Assembly (NCBI GenBank): GCA_043811375.1
Contig: JBDRNJ010000072.1
Location: 1-64,000 of the forward strand
Reading direction: 5' to 3'
DNA: 64,000 bases
Source of the DNA: a bacterium
GTDB lineage: Bacteria; Zixibacteria; MSB-5A5; GN15; FEB-12
Shown: piece by piece, positions 36,732-46,572 of the stretch
Numbering within the stretch: the stretch's first letter is position 1
Layout of the letters: every line of letters begins with the position of its first letter
The notes under the pieces: model-generated
What the model was told of the DNA's origin: nothing
Database searches by the model: none
Seen by the model: the letters and a program-made list of their open reading frames with translations, nothing else
Program-made: the position numbers and the translations under genes

Positions 36732-37337
36732 CTAAAAAAGCCAGCTTAAGAAACGGGATATGGGTCCCGGTCGGGAACTGGTGCTGGCGTTGCCCTTACC
36801 CGAGTAATGGATTTCAGCATCGGCAATCAGGTAAGAATCGATAGTGTTTTGCGGCGTTACATCTTTTTGCCTGACAACACCGGCCAGGTTAAGTGTCTCC
36901 CGGTCACCGGAGAGACCGATAGTACGGGAGCCTTCGATAATGAGATCACCACTTGGTTTGACCGCCACCACTGTTACCGACATCCTGGCTCGCAGGCTGC
37001 CGTTGCGGATATTCTCACCCTTGCCGTCATGCGAACCCTTGGTGCTGCCGTCGGCGCCAAACAATGGCAGGAAATCCAAGGGACCGACACCCGGGCCTCC
37101 TTTGGCGGAGAACTTGGACGTTTTTTCGGTCTTGGTTTCCACCTTCTGGGACGCCTGGTTCTGCTCATAGATAAGCACGGTTAGAATATCACCGACCTTG
37201 TGGGCCTTGATATCCGTGAACAACGACTGGTTCTGCCCGAAATCCTGGCCCTGCGTTCTCATTGATAGGAACGGCAACAACAACAGTATCAACAGTACTA
37301 TCAGCGCGGTTTTGTATCTCATTTCTGCACCTTTCAT
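36732..37337 (-). CDS. flgH: Flagellar L-ring protein
   Basis: SLFTDIKAHKVGDILTV, GDLIIEG, GVVR..DV...NTI.S..IADA.I.YSGKG. Confidence 0.93.
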   Translation of the reverse strand: MKGAEMRYKTALIVLLILLLLPFLSMRTQGQDFGQNQSLFTDIKAHKVGDILTVLIYEQNQASQKVETKTEKTSKFSAKGGPGVGPLDFLPLFGADGSTKGSHDGKGENIRNGSLRARMSVTVVAVKPSGDLIIEGSRTIGLSGDRETLNLAGVVRQKDVTPQNTIDSYLIADAEIHYSGKGNASTSSRPGPISRFLSWLF

Positions 37338-37349
37338 CAGACTGACGGC

Positions 37350-38042
37350 TTAGCGGTCGACCGCCACCACGGTTTCATCGACCACCCGGGCTACAATAAT
37401 TTTTCCCGACTGTCTGTTTTTCACTTTGACATATTCCCCGGCTATCCCCGCTTGCAGGGCCACCCCGGCCACAGTAATGCGGAACAGATCATCGACGTAG
37501 ACGATGGATACTTCCCTCCCGGCCTCGATATCGGGCACCGGCTCAACGGCACCGGTGGTGAGGATGGTACCCCGGCGAAGATTGCGCCTGGCCCGGAAGC
37601 CGTCGATTTCGGACAGTGTCCGCAGAGGTGTCTCATTCAGAGAGGTGACGTCCATACGCCTGATAGTCAGGCATTGCCCGGTCAGCAACTGGCGGTTTCT
37701 GATCTTGTCGGCAGCCACCAGGACATCGGCGAATTTCTTTATACGCAGCCGCACCTGTCCGCTCTCTATGACCCGCCCGTCGTCTTTGACATCAACCATG
37801 ACGGTAAACAGCCCCAATGGTTCTTTGGGCGTCAGCGGGCGGATGATGATATCATCCGACTCGATGTCGACTGATTTCAAGCGACAGGAGAGAACTTCGA
37901 CGGCATAGGCATTGGTATCCAGATCGTACATAGCGGCCAGCCTGCCGGTAATGGCCTGTTCACAGGTAGCCGCCTGCGGCGACTCGCCCGAAACCAGGAG
38001 CGCCACTACAACCGTTAGCAAAACCGCCAGATAGTTTTTCAT
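37350..38042 (-). CDS. flgA: P-ring formation chaperone FlgA
   Basis: Signal peptide, SAF-like region, G.ALQAG..GEYVKVKN..SGKII. Confidence 0.9.
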   Translation of the reverse strand: MKNYLAVLLTVVVALLVSGESPQAATCEQAITGRLAAMYDLDTNAYAVEVLSCRLKSVDIESDDIIIRPLTPKEPLGLFTVMVDVKDDGRVIESGQVRLRIKKFADVLVAADKIRNRQLLTGQCLTIRRMDVTSLNETPLRTLSEIDGFRARRNLRRGTILTTGAVEPVPDIEAGREVSIVYVDDLFRITVAGVALQAGIAGEYVKVKNRQSGKIIVARVVDETVVAVDR

Positions 38043-38049
38043 GGTATCG

Positions 38050-38838
38050 TTACCTCTTGAGATTGTTGGCGATGCCGGCCATGTCGTCGGCGGTCTGAAT
38101 AGCCTTGGAGTTCATTTCGTACGACCGCTGGGCGACGATCATGTTTACCATTTCATCGATGACCTTGACGTTGGACGTTTCCAGGGCACCCTGATCGATC
38201 TGCCCCATACCGCTCTGGGTCGGGACATCGGTGATAGGGTCTCCGGAAGCCCCAGTAGGCATCAACAGATTGTGTCCGATAGCCATCAGTCCGGCCGGAT
38301 TCACAAAACGGGCCAGTTCGATCTGTCCGATCTGGGTCGGCTCATCCTGCCCGACCAGCAGCACCTCAATCACACCGTCGCTGCCTACGGATACCGCCGT
38401 GGCATCCTCGGGTATGGTCAACTCCGGTAACATAAAGTAGCCGTCGCTGGTTACTACCCGGCCATCGGCCGACAGTTTGAAAGCGCCGTCCCTGGTGTAG
38501 GCGGTAGTGCCGTCGGGATACTGAACCTGGAAGAACCCATCGCCACTGATGGCCAGGTCCAGCGGATTGCCGGTGGGCATCAGGGTACCTCCGGAGAAAT
38601 GCCTGACAGTGGAGCTGGCCCGGGTCCCGTAACCGATAGCCAGACCGGTCGGCAGTTCCGAACCAACCGCCGTGGCGCTTCCGGCACGACGATAATTCTG
38701 GTATAAAACATCCTGAAACTCCACCTTGCTTCTTTTGAAACCGGTGGTGTTCACGTTGGCCAGATTGTTGGCGATATTGTCCACATTCATCTGCTGCGCC
38801 AGCATACCTGACGCCGCAGTTCGCATAGCTTTGAGCAT
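38050..38838 (-). CDS. flgG: Distal rod protein FlgG
   Basis: IANNLANVNTTGFK, FQDVLYQ, TGNPLDLAI.G.GFF, LETSNV, QRSYEMNSKAIQTAD. Confidence 0.97.
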   Translation of the reverse strand: MLKAMRTAASGMLAQQMNVDNIANNLANVNTTGFKRSKVEFQDVLYQNYRRAGSATAVGSELPTGLAIGYGTRASSTVRHFSGGTLMPTGNPLDLAISGDGFFQVQYPDGTTAYTRDGAFKLSADGRVVTSDGYFMLPELTIPEDATAVSVGSDGVIEVLLVGQDEPTQIGQIELARFVNPAGLMAIGHNLLMPTGASGDPITDVPTQSGMGQIDQGALETSNVKVIDEMVNMIVAQRSYEMNSKAIQTADDMAGIANNLKR

Positions 38839-38865
38839 GGCTTCTCCAAATCAAAAGCGCTTATG

Positions 38866-39597
38866 TCAGCCCGTCTTGCCGACGCGCTGGAACAGATGTT
38901 CCAGCGACCGGTCCTGGGCTTGCAGGGCGCGTGAGTTTGCCTCGTAAGCGCGGAAAGAGACAATCATTTCGATCATCTCCCCCACGACATCAACGTTAGA
39001 CGCCTCCAGGTATCCCTGGCGGATTTCAGCCTGGGTTACCGGTATCAGTTCCACACCTTCGGGAACCAGAAAAAGCGAGTTGCCTATTTTATTCAGACTT
39101 TGCAGGTCATCGACGGTCACCGGTACGATACGCCCGACCGCAGATCCATCGACCTCCACTCCACCCGACTGATCCACCGTCACCTTACCGTTGCCTGCCT
39201 CAATCGGCCCTCCTTCCCCCAGCAGAAAAGCACCACCGGGAAAAACCATGAACCCCTCATTGTTTATTGTAAAGGAACCGGATCGAGTCAGAGCCTGGGT
39301 ACCGTCAGCAAGTTCGAGCGTAAAAAATCCATCGCCGTCGATGGCCAAGTCCAGCGGATTGCCGGTCTTGTCAAAGGTACCGGAAGCAAAATCCGTGTAG
39401 GTCTCATTGACCATCGGCTGATGCCAGTCGGTCCGGGTGGGTATCAGTTTTTTCTCTGCCCGGCTGAGTTCTTTGGTGAAAAGCATGTCGCGCTTATATC
39501 CGGGAGTGCTGACGTTAGATATATTGTGAGCCGTCAGTTCCTGTTTCTTGATCCGGGGCAACATTCCCGAGGCCGATGTATACAAACCCTTAATCAT
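38866..39597 (-). CDS. flgF: Proximal rod protein FlgF
   Basis: MIKGLYTSASGM, HNISNVSTPGYK, TGNPLDLAI, GYLEASNV; GGAGG RBS before ATG 39597. Confidence 0.88.
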   Translation of the reverse strand: MIKGLYTSASGMLPRIKKQELTAHNISNVSTPGYKRDMLFTKELSRAEKKLIPTRTDWHQPMVNETYTDFASGTFDKTGNPLDLAIDGDGFFTLELADGTQALTRSGSFTINNEGFMVFPGGAFLLGEGGPIEAGNGKVTVDQSGGVEVDGSAVGRIVPVTVDDLQSLNKIGNSLFLVPEGVELIPVTQAEIRQGYLEASNVDVVGEMIEMIVSFRAYEANSRALQAQDRSLEHLFQRVGKTG

Positions 39598-39619
39598 GGT
39601 ATCCTCCGCCGACAGATAA

Positions 39620-39635
39620 AGCATGGGCTGTGCCA
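39620..39635 (-). promoter_or_regulatory. Sigma54 promoter of the flgF operon
   Basis: Minus strand TGGCACAGCCCATGCT (GG-N10-GC). Confidence 0.7.
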
Positions 39636-39736
39636 ACAATCTCGGGGTCGCCGGAAGTGACGAAATACCAAGTTGTTACGGATATTATTCGGGGCCGCTT
39701 CGAACCCGGGGGGATTATTAAAAGGAAACTATTTCT

Positions 39737-40012
39737 TCAGACCCTGGGATATTTTTTCATTGGTCCGGGGGGGGGTGCCGTGGATTTGTCGGATACTACC
39801 GATTTCTTCAAATTGGCGTGCCGGGCGCGGGTTTTGTCGATCAATCGGTCAACTGCTTCATTAAAACGGCTCTCACTGTAGAACTCTCCGTTGGATTGCT
39901 GGTACAAAGGACAGTCGGCTTTGTAGCCGAAGCATTTCAGTTCTTCGGCCAGATAGCAAGCCTTCAGGTAAACACAGCGTTCGGACCTTTTGCAGATCGA
40001 CTCGCGGTTCAT
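39737..40012 (-). CDS. Small Cys-rich hypothetical protein
   Basis: MNRESICKRSERCVYLKACYLAEELKCFGYKADCPLY...: five Cys followed by a helix. It is the most plausible ORF in this gap. Confidence 0.55.
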   Translation of the reverse strand: MNRESICKRSERCVYLKACYLAEELKCFGYKADCPLYQQSNGEFYSESRFNEAVDRLIDKTRARHANLKKSVVSDKSTAPPPGPMKKYPRV

Positions 40013-40312
40013 AGTCGGCATTATCGGCAACTGACGCCGTCCGGATGAGTCCCCCGGGGATCACAATTCGGTGATCGTGGGTAATCCGCTTGCAGGCAAG
40101 ACTGAATTGAAGTGCATACGTAAGGAGTGAAGCTAAAAAACCTGTTGCTTTCCGACGGCGCAAACCTTATATTTCCGAGGATCAAAGAAGCGTACTATCA
40201 AGTACTTACAGAAGCGTCTCCGGACGCACTCTGATATTTGACAGATTTTCAGTATTCCTGTCGAGACAGCATCTTATTTGCTTAAAAACAGGTTTGTTGT
40301 ACAAGAGGTAAT

Positions 40313-41077
40313 TTGATGCACACAAGAATGTTTTTTATCACCGGTGCCCTTCTGATAATGTCACTGGTCCCCTGCTGGGGTCAGACATTGATCGAAGATC
40401 CCGGAAATCCTGACTGGGTAATGGTGGATTCGGCCATAGTATCCAAGTCCGGACCTGGTTTGGTGGCGATCGATTTTGTCAATGATGAGTCCCTGGCTGG
40501 AATCGAAATAACGTTGATCTTCGACTCACCCGACCTGACCATAGACTCGATTTCGTTTGCCGCATCCAGGGTGGAATATGCCACAGTCAAGGGATTCATG
40601 ACCAGCGACAGTACCATCACGGTTTACTGTTTCCCCATTTCCGAGGAACAACTGATTGCTCCCGGTACCGGATTGTTCGGGACCTTGTACTTCTCCTACC
40701 CGCCTTCAATCGACGACCAGGTGGTCATAATTGACACTTTCACGATAATCAACGGCGACATTGAGTACTCCACAACATTTTCCGATTCGATATCCAATGT
40801 CTTCAAACCGCAATTTCAGAAAGGCTATCTTGACATCCAGGGCGGCAGTAGTTGTTGCATCGGTAATCGTGGTAATGTAGACGGCAGCCCGGACGATGTC
40901 ATCAGTGTGGGCGACCTGACCTATCTGGTAGCCTATCTCTTCCAGGGCGGAGCTCCCCCGCCATGTATGCCGGAGGGCAATGTCGATGGCGATGAACTGG
41001 GTGTGGTCGTCGGAGACCTGACGTACCTGGTGGCTTATCTGTTCCAGGGAGGAGCAAACCCGCCCTTGTGCCCCTGA
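40313..41077 (+). CDS. Secreted protein with a cohesin-like domain and a C-terminal dockerin-like domain
   Basis: Signal peptide; beta-sandwich region (NDESLAGIEITL.FDS...DSISF..SR); CCIGNRGNVDG...GDLTYLVAYLFQGG..PPC duplicated. Confidence 0.8.
   Translation: MMHTRMFFITGALLIMSLVPCWGQTLIEDPGNPDWVMVDSAIVSKSGPGLVAIDFVNDESLAGIEITLIFDSPDLTIDSISFAASRVEYATVKGFMTSDSTITVYCFPISEEQLIAPGTGLFGTLYFSYPPSIDDQVVIIDTFTIINGDIEYSTTFSDSISNVFKPQFQKGYLDIQGGSSCCIGNRGNVDGSPDDVISVGDLTYLVAYLFQGGAPPPCMPEGNVDGDELGVVVGDLTYLVAYLFQGGANPPLCP
40871..41074 (+). repeat. Duplicated dockerin-like Ca-binding repeat
   Basis: GNVDG...VGDLTYLVAYLFQGGA.PP occurs twice and is also visible at the DNA level. Confidence 0.85.
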
Positions 41078-41128
41078 AATCGATGAGTATTGTTGCCCCC
41101 TGCCGTCATTAGCCAACCGGTACTTCCC

Positions 41129-41575
41129 TTATCCCTCTTTCAGCCGGAAGCTGTTGATCGCTATCTCATCGTTTTCCTTGGTGGTCAACATCCGGACCTT
41201 CTCATCAAAGTGTCGACGACGACGATCTCTCAGTTTTTCAAAAACCTTACGCTCTTTTGAGGCCTTCAGTAAAGCCTGGTGTTTTTCACCGGCCATCTTC
41301 TGAAAAGCCCGTAAAAGCTCATCACCGGCCAGCAAGTCTCTTTTGAGTTTATTGACGTAGCGGGCATGGATGAGCATCCCCGCCACCGACAGCCGGTCGC
41401 TCAGCCGATGGCGTTGCCGATCTATCGTGTCCAGTTTGTGTCGGCTGACCTCCCCCTGACGCCGCCGTTGATCGTAGACTTGCTTCAGGGCAGTGGCGTG
41501 TTCCTTCTGCTTCTCTCTTTCGATATGCTCTTTAGCTTTGAGTAAAACCTGAAGACGAAACCGGAACTTTTTCAT
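41129..41575 (-). CDS. fliJ: Flagellar export protein FliJ
   Basis: MKKFRFRLQVLL...ERKVFEKLR...KENDEIA; follows fliI. Confidence 0.92.
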   Translation of the reverse strand: MKKFRFRLQVLLKAKEHIEREKQKEHATALKQVYDQRRRQGEVSRHKLDTIDRQRHRLSDRLSVAGMLIHARYVNKLKRDLLAGDELLRAFQKMAGEKHQALLKASKERKVFEKLRDRRRRHFDEKVRMLTTKENDEIAINSFRLKEG

Positions 41576-41579
41576 CGGT

Positions 41580-42920
41580 TCAGTCCGTTTCGGTCACGGT
41601 TGAATCGTCGGCCATGATGGCCTGCAATTGCTCAAATGATTCGGAGTATTGGGCTTGTTCGTCGATCCCCTGTCGGAAGAAGGCATTGATGGCGTCTATC
41701 TTTGAAATGGCTCGATCTATACGAGGATTGGATCCCTTGACGTAGGCGCCGATGTTAATGAGGTCTTCGGCTTCACGGTAGACCGAAACCAATTCGCGCA
41801 GTTCTCCGGCCAGAGCAACTTCTTCGGGTGTGCACACTTCCACCATCAACCGGCTGATGGAATCAAGAATATCGACGGCCGGGTACTGGTTGAGTGATGC
41901 CAGCCGTCGCGAGAGTGTCACGTGTCCGTCCAGTATCGATCTGACGGCATCGGAAATCGGTTCGTTGAGATCATCACCTTCCACCAGCACCGTGTACAGG
42001 CCGGTTATGGAACCGACATCGTTCTGTCCGGCTCGTTCCAGCAGACGCGGCAGCATCGCAAACACCGACGGCGTGTATCCTTTGGTGGTGGGCGGTTCAC
42101 CGATGGCAATGCCGATTTCTCTCTGGGCCATGGCGATTCGGGTCAGGGAGTCCATCAGCAGCATCACATCCATTCCCTGATCACGAAAGTATTCGGCGAT
42201 AGCGGTAGCTACCTGAGCGCCTTTAATGCGAATCAATGAGGGTTGATCGGAAGTAACGGCCACAACCACCGTCTTCTTCATGCCTGCCGTTCCCAGATCG
42301 GACTCGATAAATTCTCGCACTTCCCGTCCCCGTTCACCCACCAGAGCAACGACGTTGACATCAGCCGAGGATCCGCGGGCCATCATGCCCAGCATAACCG
42401 ACTTGCCCACTCCCGAACCGGAGAAGATGCCCATTCGCTGCCCCTTGCCCACGGCCGCGGTCAGATCGACAGCCCTGATACCGGTGCGGAGGGCCTGAGT
42501 GATGCGCCGTCTTTTCAGGGCCGGGATGGGGTCGGCGTTGATGGGTCGCGTCACGTTTGTCAAAATCGCCCCCCGGTCATCGATCGGTTGCCCCAGGCCG
42601 CCGAGAATCCGGCCGATCAGTTCTTGTCCGACGGGGATACGCAGTTGCTCCGATGTCGAGGTGACAATAGCTCCCGGTGTAATGCCGGTAATCGATCCCA
42701 ACGGCATCAACAGAAGACGGTCATCGCGAAAACCAACCACTTCGGCCCGGATCCGGGCACCGGTGTCGTGGTTCTCGATGTTGCACAGACGACCTATTGA
42801 AACGGCCGGACCGGCTGATTCGATAACCAGCCCCACCACCTGCGTAACCTTGCCGAAATGGGTAACAGTGCGGGCATTCCTGATACGCTCGGCATAGACA
42901 TCGTAGGCAACCAGACTCAC
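41580..42920 (-). CDS. fliI: Flagellar export ATPase FliI
   Basis: GQRMGIFSGSGVGKS, GERGREVREF, MDSLTR, GEPPTTKGY, RSILDGH. Confidence 0.97.
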   Translation of the reverse strand: MSLVAYDVYAERIRNARTVTHFGKVTQVVGLVIESAGPAVSIGRLCNIENHDTGARIRAEVVGFRDDRLLLMPLGSITGITPGAIVTSTSEQLRIPVGQELIGRILGGLGQPIDDRGAILTNVTRPINADPIPALKRRRITQALRTGIRAVDLTAAVGKGQRMGIFSGSGVGKSVMLGMMARGSSADVNVVALVGERGREVREFIESDLGTAGMKKTVVVAVTSDQPSLIRIKGAQVATAIAEYFRDQGMDVMLLMDSLTRIAMAQREIGIAIGEPPTTKGYTPSVFAMLPRLLERAGQNDVGSITGLYTVLVEGDDLNEPISDAVRSILDGHVTLSRRLASLNQYPAVDILDSISRLMVEVCTPEEVALAGELRELVSVYREAEDLINIGAYVKGSNPRIDRAISKIDAINAFFRQGIDEQAQYSESFEQLQAIMADDSTVTETD

Positions 42921-43630
42921 TACTGTTCCTCATCGGAGAGAATCGTTTCCTCAATAACCTCCAGCTGCGAATCCAGGCGGGCGTCGATATCACCGGTCGG
43001 GGTTTCGATCAGGCAGCCGCCATGGCGAACCCGCGGATCAGCTTCGATCTTGATTTCCTTGATCATCGCCGAACCGGCCATGAATTGATCGATATTCTGC
43101 TCAACCATCGGCAGGTGATCGGGATTGACCTTGATCCTCAGGTGTGAGCGGTCAATCAGGGTATCGATGACACCGCTGATCATGGTCAGGGTCACATCGG
43201 GATCGACCGCAACAGCATCGAAAGTCACTTTACGGCTGATCTGTATGACCAGCTCGAGTATTTTTTGTTTGGCTTGCTGCAACAGTATCTCGCGCTGTTT
43301 CACGGCGTCCCTGATGGCCTGATCGAACTGTTTCAGCACTTCTTCCGCTTCAGTCCGACCTTCAGCTCGGCCCCGGTCATATCCTCTGCGATTGCCTTCA
43401 TCGAGACCGTCCTGACGCTCCTTCAGTCTCTCCTGCCGGTGCACCTGGTCGATCTTGAAGACTTCCTGAATCGGAATCAGTTTGGCGCCGTCAGCATTGG
43501 TGATGACTGAAACCATCGGGAATATCTCCCCCAGCCGGTGTTCCGCCCGACTTTCTCTGTCGAAATCGAGTTGCTTGGCGCCGATGTACACGGTCGGCGC
43601 CGTTGAGCTGTGTCGAATGAGTTTAGACAA
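42920..43630 (-). CDS. fliH: Flagellar assembly protein FliH
   Basis: GxxxG repeats, IKVNP.H, GGCLIETPTGDIDARLDSQL. Confidence 0.9.
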   Translation of the reverse strand: MSKLIRHSSTAPTVYIGAKQLDFDRESRAEHRLGEIFPMVSVITNADGAKLIPIQEVFKIDQVHRQERLKERQDGLDEGNRRGYDRGRAEGRTEAEEVLKQFDQAIRDAVKQREILLQQAKQKILELVIQISRKVTFDAVAVDPDVTLTMISGVIDTLIDRSHLRIKVNPDHLPMVEQNIDQFMAGSAMIKEIKIEADPRVRHGGCLIETPTGDIDARLDSQLEVIEETILSDEEQ

Positions 43631-44633
43631 TTATTTCCTCTTTGCCGCCCCGTCCGGAGATAATGATCTGACCCTCTTCCTCCAGGCGGCGTACCGATTC
43701 CACGATGCGGCCCTGAGCGGCCTCGACGTCGGACAGACGTGTTGGTCCCATGAATTCCATTTCCTCGCGAATCATTACCGCCACCCTCTCGGAGACATTG
43801 GCAAAGATTTTGCCTTTGACATCATCGCTGGCAGCCTTAAGCGCAATAGCCAGATCCTTGGTCTCGACGTCCTTCAACAGGCGTTGTATGGAACGATCAT
43901 CCAGCAGTATGATGTCTTCAAAGACAAACATCATGTTCTTGATCTCAGCGGCCAGATCCGGGTCCTCCGCTTCCAGCGACTGCAGGATGTTTTTCTCAGC
44001 CGTGGCGTCAATCAGGTTCAGTATCTCGGCCACTGCTTTGGCGCCGCCGGAAGCCGTGACGCCGGCTCCTATCGATGCTTCAAAGTGACTCTGCAGCGTC
44101 TGCTCGATTTCCCGCAAAATCTCCGGAGCGATTTTCTCCATAGTGGCGATTCGCAAGGATACTTCCGCCTGAAGCTCCGGGGTCAGTTCCGACAACACCG
44201 CGGCTGCATGCTGGGGTGATAATTGAGTCAGAATAAGCGAGATAGTCTGGGGGTGCTCATTCTGCAGGAAACTCGTCAGTTGTTTGGGGTCGATGTCTTT
44301 CAGCAGGGAAAAACCACTGGACTTGATGACTGACTCCAGACGGTTCATGATTTCACGGGCTTTTGCCCGGCCGACGGCGCTCTCCAGTACCTGTCGGGCG
44401 AAATCGATACCACCCTGGGAGATGTACTGCCGGGCCATAAAGATCTGGTAGCATTCGTCAATAACCTTCTCTTCCACCTCCGGTTGTACATCACGCAGAT
44501 TGGCGATCTCGATAGCGATGCGTTCCATGTCATTTTCGGGCAGCCCCTTCATGACGTGGGCCGACACTTCTGAGCCAAAAGCTACCAGCGCTACGGCGGC
44601 CTTTTGAACCGCTGTCATTTCTTCGTATTTCAT
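43623..44633 (-). CDS. fliG: Motor switch protein FliG
   Basis: QKAAV, GGIDFA, EHPQTI, GG...AEILN, MFVFED, DVEAAQ. Confidence 0.97.
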   Translation of the reverse strand: MKYEEMTAVQKAAVALVAFGSEVSAHVMKGLPENDMERIAIEIANLRDVQPEVEEKVIDECYQIFMARQYISQGGIDFARQVLESAVGRAKAREIMNRLESVIKSSGFSLLKDIDPKQLTSFLQNEHPQTISLILTQLSPQHAAAVLSELTPELQAEVSLRIATMEKIAPEILREIEQTLQSHFEASIGAGVTASGGAKAVAEILNLIDATAEKNILQSLEAEDPDLAAEIKNMMFVFEDIILLDDRSIQRLLKDVETKDLAIALKAASDDVKGKIFANVSERVAVMIREEMEFMGPTRLSDVEAAQGRIVESVRRLEEEGQIIISGRGGKEEIIV

Positions 44634-44638
44634 GGTAC

Positions 44639-46219
44639 CTACTCAGACATCATGGTCTTGATTACGCGGGTGATTTCTTCCGGATCCTTCTCGGCCGTTT
44701 TCTGCATTTCATCAACCAGCCGCGGTTTACGGTTTCCCGGGACAATCCGAGGGAGTGGCTCCGGTTCCGGCTCCGGTTCCGGCGCCATGGTTTTCGCCAC
44801 CGGCCGAGACGGCGGCAGCAGTTGAGACAAGGCACCGAATAATTTCTTCGATTTCTTCTTCAGATAAAAGAGGGCCAATGCAATCAGAAGGACGTAGCCT
44901 ATCTTGCGGGCAACCTCGAGGTAGAAATCACGCTGGTACATGCTGTCCAGCACGTCTCTCTCCTGTTCGAGGTTTTGCCGATCAAAAGGAATGTTGACCA
45001 TTTCGATCTGGTCGTTGCGCTGCTGGTCGAACCCCACCGCGTTCTTGACGATAGCAGCCAGGCGATCGAGATCCTCCTGGGTTCGCGGTTGATAGACCTG
45101 AATGGTACTGCCGTCCTCACCTTCCACCGGCGCATAGACGCCGTCGACGAGCACGGCTACCGAGAGTCGGTCAATGTTACCCACAGCGTTGACAATGTGT
45201 TCGACGGTCTTGTTAAGTTCGTAGTTGGTGACCACCGTTTCCGAAGCGTCTTCCTGCTGGCTTTCGTTGGCTTCTTCCGCTTTGTCAGAGGAAGTATTGG
45301 ATGACTTGACCCGTTCCTCGCTGCGAATCGAGGGAGTGTTGGGGTCATACATTTCAGAAGTTCTCTCCAATTGCTGGAAGTCCAGGTCGGCCGTTACTCG
45401 AATGACGGCGGTCCCGTTCCCCAGAACGTCATCCAGCATCGTCTGGGCTTTGCTCTCCAGATACTTCTCCACCAACTGGCGGACCTCCAGTTGGTTGGAG
45501 CTGAGACCGGCCATGACATCGGCGCTGCGTCCCGAAGAAAGGAGGTTGCCGTCATAGTCGACAATGGTAATTTTATCCGGCTGGAGTCCTTCCACCGACG
45601 AGGCAACCAGATGAGTGATGCCGGCAATCTTCTGCCGGGAAAGCTCACTATGGCTCTTGAACTTCAGCACCACCGATGCCGTGGGTTCTAGCTGGTCCTG
45701 TTTGAACAGCCGGTCCTTGGGCATGACTATGTGGACACGAGCGGCGCTGACCTCGTTGAGCTGCATGATCGTGCGCGTCAACTCACCCTCCAGAGCCCGT
45801 CGGAAGTTGAGATTGAGCAGGAAATCGGTCATACCCAGATTGTTCTGGTCAAACACGGAGTAGCCGACACTTCCGGAACGTGGCAGCCCCTCAGCCGCCA
45901 GCGAGATGCGTGTTTTGTATACCTCATCGGAAGGCACCGAGATGGTGCCGCCGCCATCGCTCAACTGGAAAGGAATACGGCTTTCATTAAGGTAGGCAAT
46001 AACCTCGCCGGCTTCAGTGTTGTCCAGATTGGAATAGAGTCGGGAATAGGTTATGTCATTAACCCAGCCGACCGCAAAAAAGGCTCCGGCTATGATGCCG
46101 GTAACAACACCAAGCAGCATCATCACCTGACTGGGTGTCATTCGGCCGACATACTCAGCAATGTTCTTGAAAAAAACCTTGAATTTATCCATATCAAATC
46201 CTATTTGCTGACTGACCAT
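44639..46219 (-). CDS. fliF: MS-ring protein FliF
   Basis: GYSVFD...GMTDF...RALEGEL.RTI, ARVHIV.P, ASVVL, RLSVAVLVDG; two TM segments. Start may be 46192. Confidence 0.96.
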   Translation of the reverse strand: MVSQQIGFDMDKFKVFFKNIAEYVGRMTPSQVMMLLGVVTGIIAGAFFAVGWVNDITYSRLYSNLDNTEAGEVIAYLNESRIPFQLSDGGGTISVPSDEVYKTRISLAAEGLPRSGSVGYSVFDQNNLGMTDFLLNLNFRRALEGELTRTIMQLNEVSAARVHIVMPKDRLFKQDQLEPTASVVLKFKSHSELSRQKIAGITHLVASSVEGLQPDKITIVDYDGNLLSSGRSADVMAGLSSNQLEVRQLVEKYLESKAQTMLDDVLGNGTAVIRVTADLDFQQLERTSEMYDPNTPSIRSEERVKSSNTSSDKAEEANESQQEDASETVVTNYELNKTVEHIVNAVGNIDRLSVAVLVDGVYAPVEGEDGSTIQVYQPRTQEDLDRLAAIVKNAVGFDQQRNDQIEMVNIPFDRQNLEQERDVLDSMYQRDFYLEVARKIGYVLLIALALFYLKKKSKKLFGALSQLLPPSRPVAKTMAPEPEPEPEPLPRIVPGNRKPRLVDEMQKTAEKDPEEITRVIKTMMSE

Positions 46220-46249
46220 CCATGGTCACATCACCCACGCCGTCTCTAT

Positions 46250-46570
46250 TTACAGCGGCATGCGTAACATCTCGTTGTAAGCATTCACAATTTTGTTACG
46301 TATCTCCAACAGCAGATCGGTCGCCAGACCGGCCTGCTCGGCCTTGATCATCACCTGATGCAGTTCCACCGGGTCACCGGCCAGAAACGCCTGCTGTATC
46401 TGACTCGACTCCTGATGCAAATCATCAACTGAGTGCACCAGTTTCGAAAGTAGATCGTTAAAACTACCCTGGAGGCGTGTGTCCGGCGACACCTCTTCCG
46501 ACGGCTTCAGCCCGACTTGCTGCGCCAGACCGGGCACCAGGCGGTTTACATTGGTTAGCGGTAAACTCAT
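46250..46570 (-). CDS. fliE: Hook-basal body protein FliE
   Basis: SF.DLL...LHQVMIKAEQA...EIRNKIVNAYNEMLRM. Confidence 0.93.
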   Translation of the reverse strand: MSLPLTNVNRLVPGLAQQVGLKPSEEVSPDTRLQGSFNDLLSKLVHSVDDLHQESSQIQQAFLAGDPVELHQVMIKAEQAGLATDLLLEIRNKIVNAYNEMLRMPL

Positions 46571-46572
46571 TT

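Noticed and set aside
44755..44787. Hexamer repeat CCGGAR in fliF
   Set aside because: It encodes an ordinary in-frame PEPEPEPEP linker.
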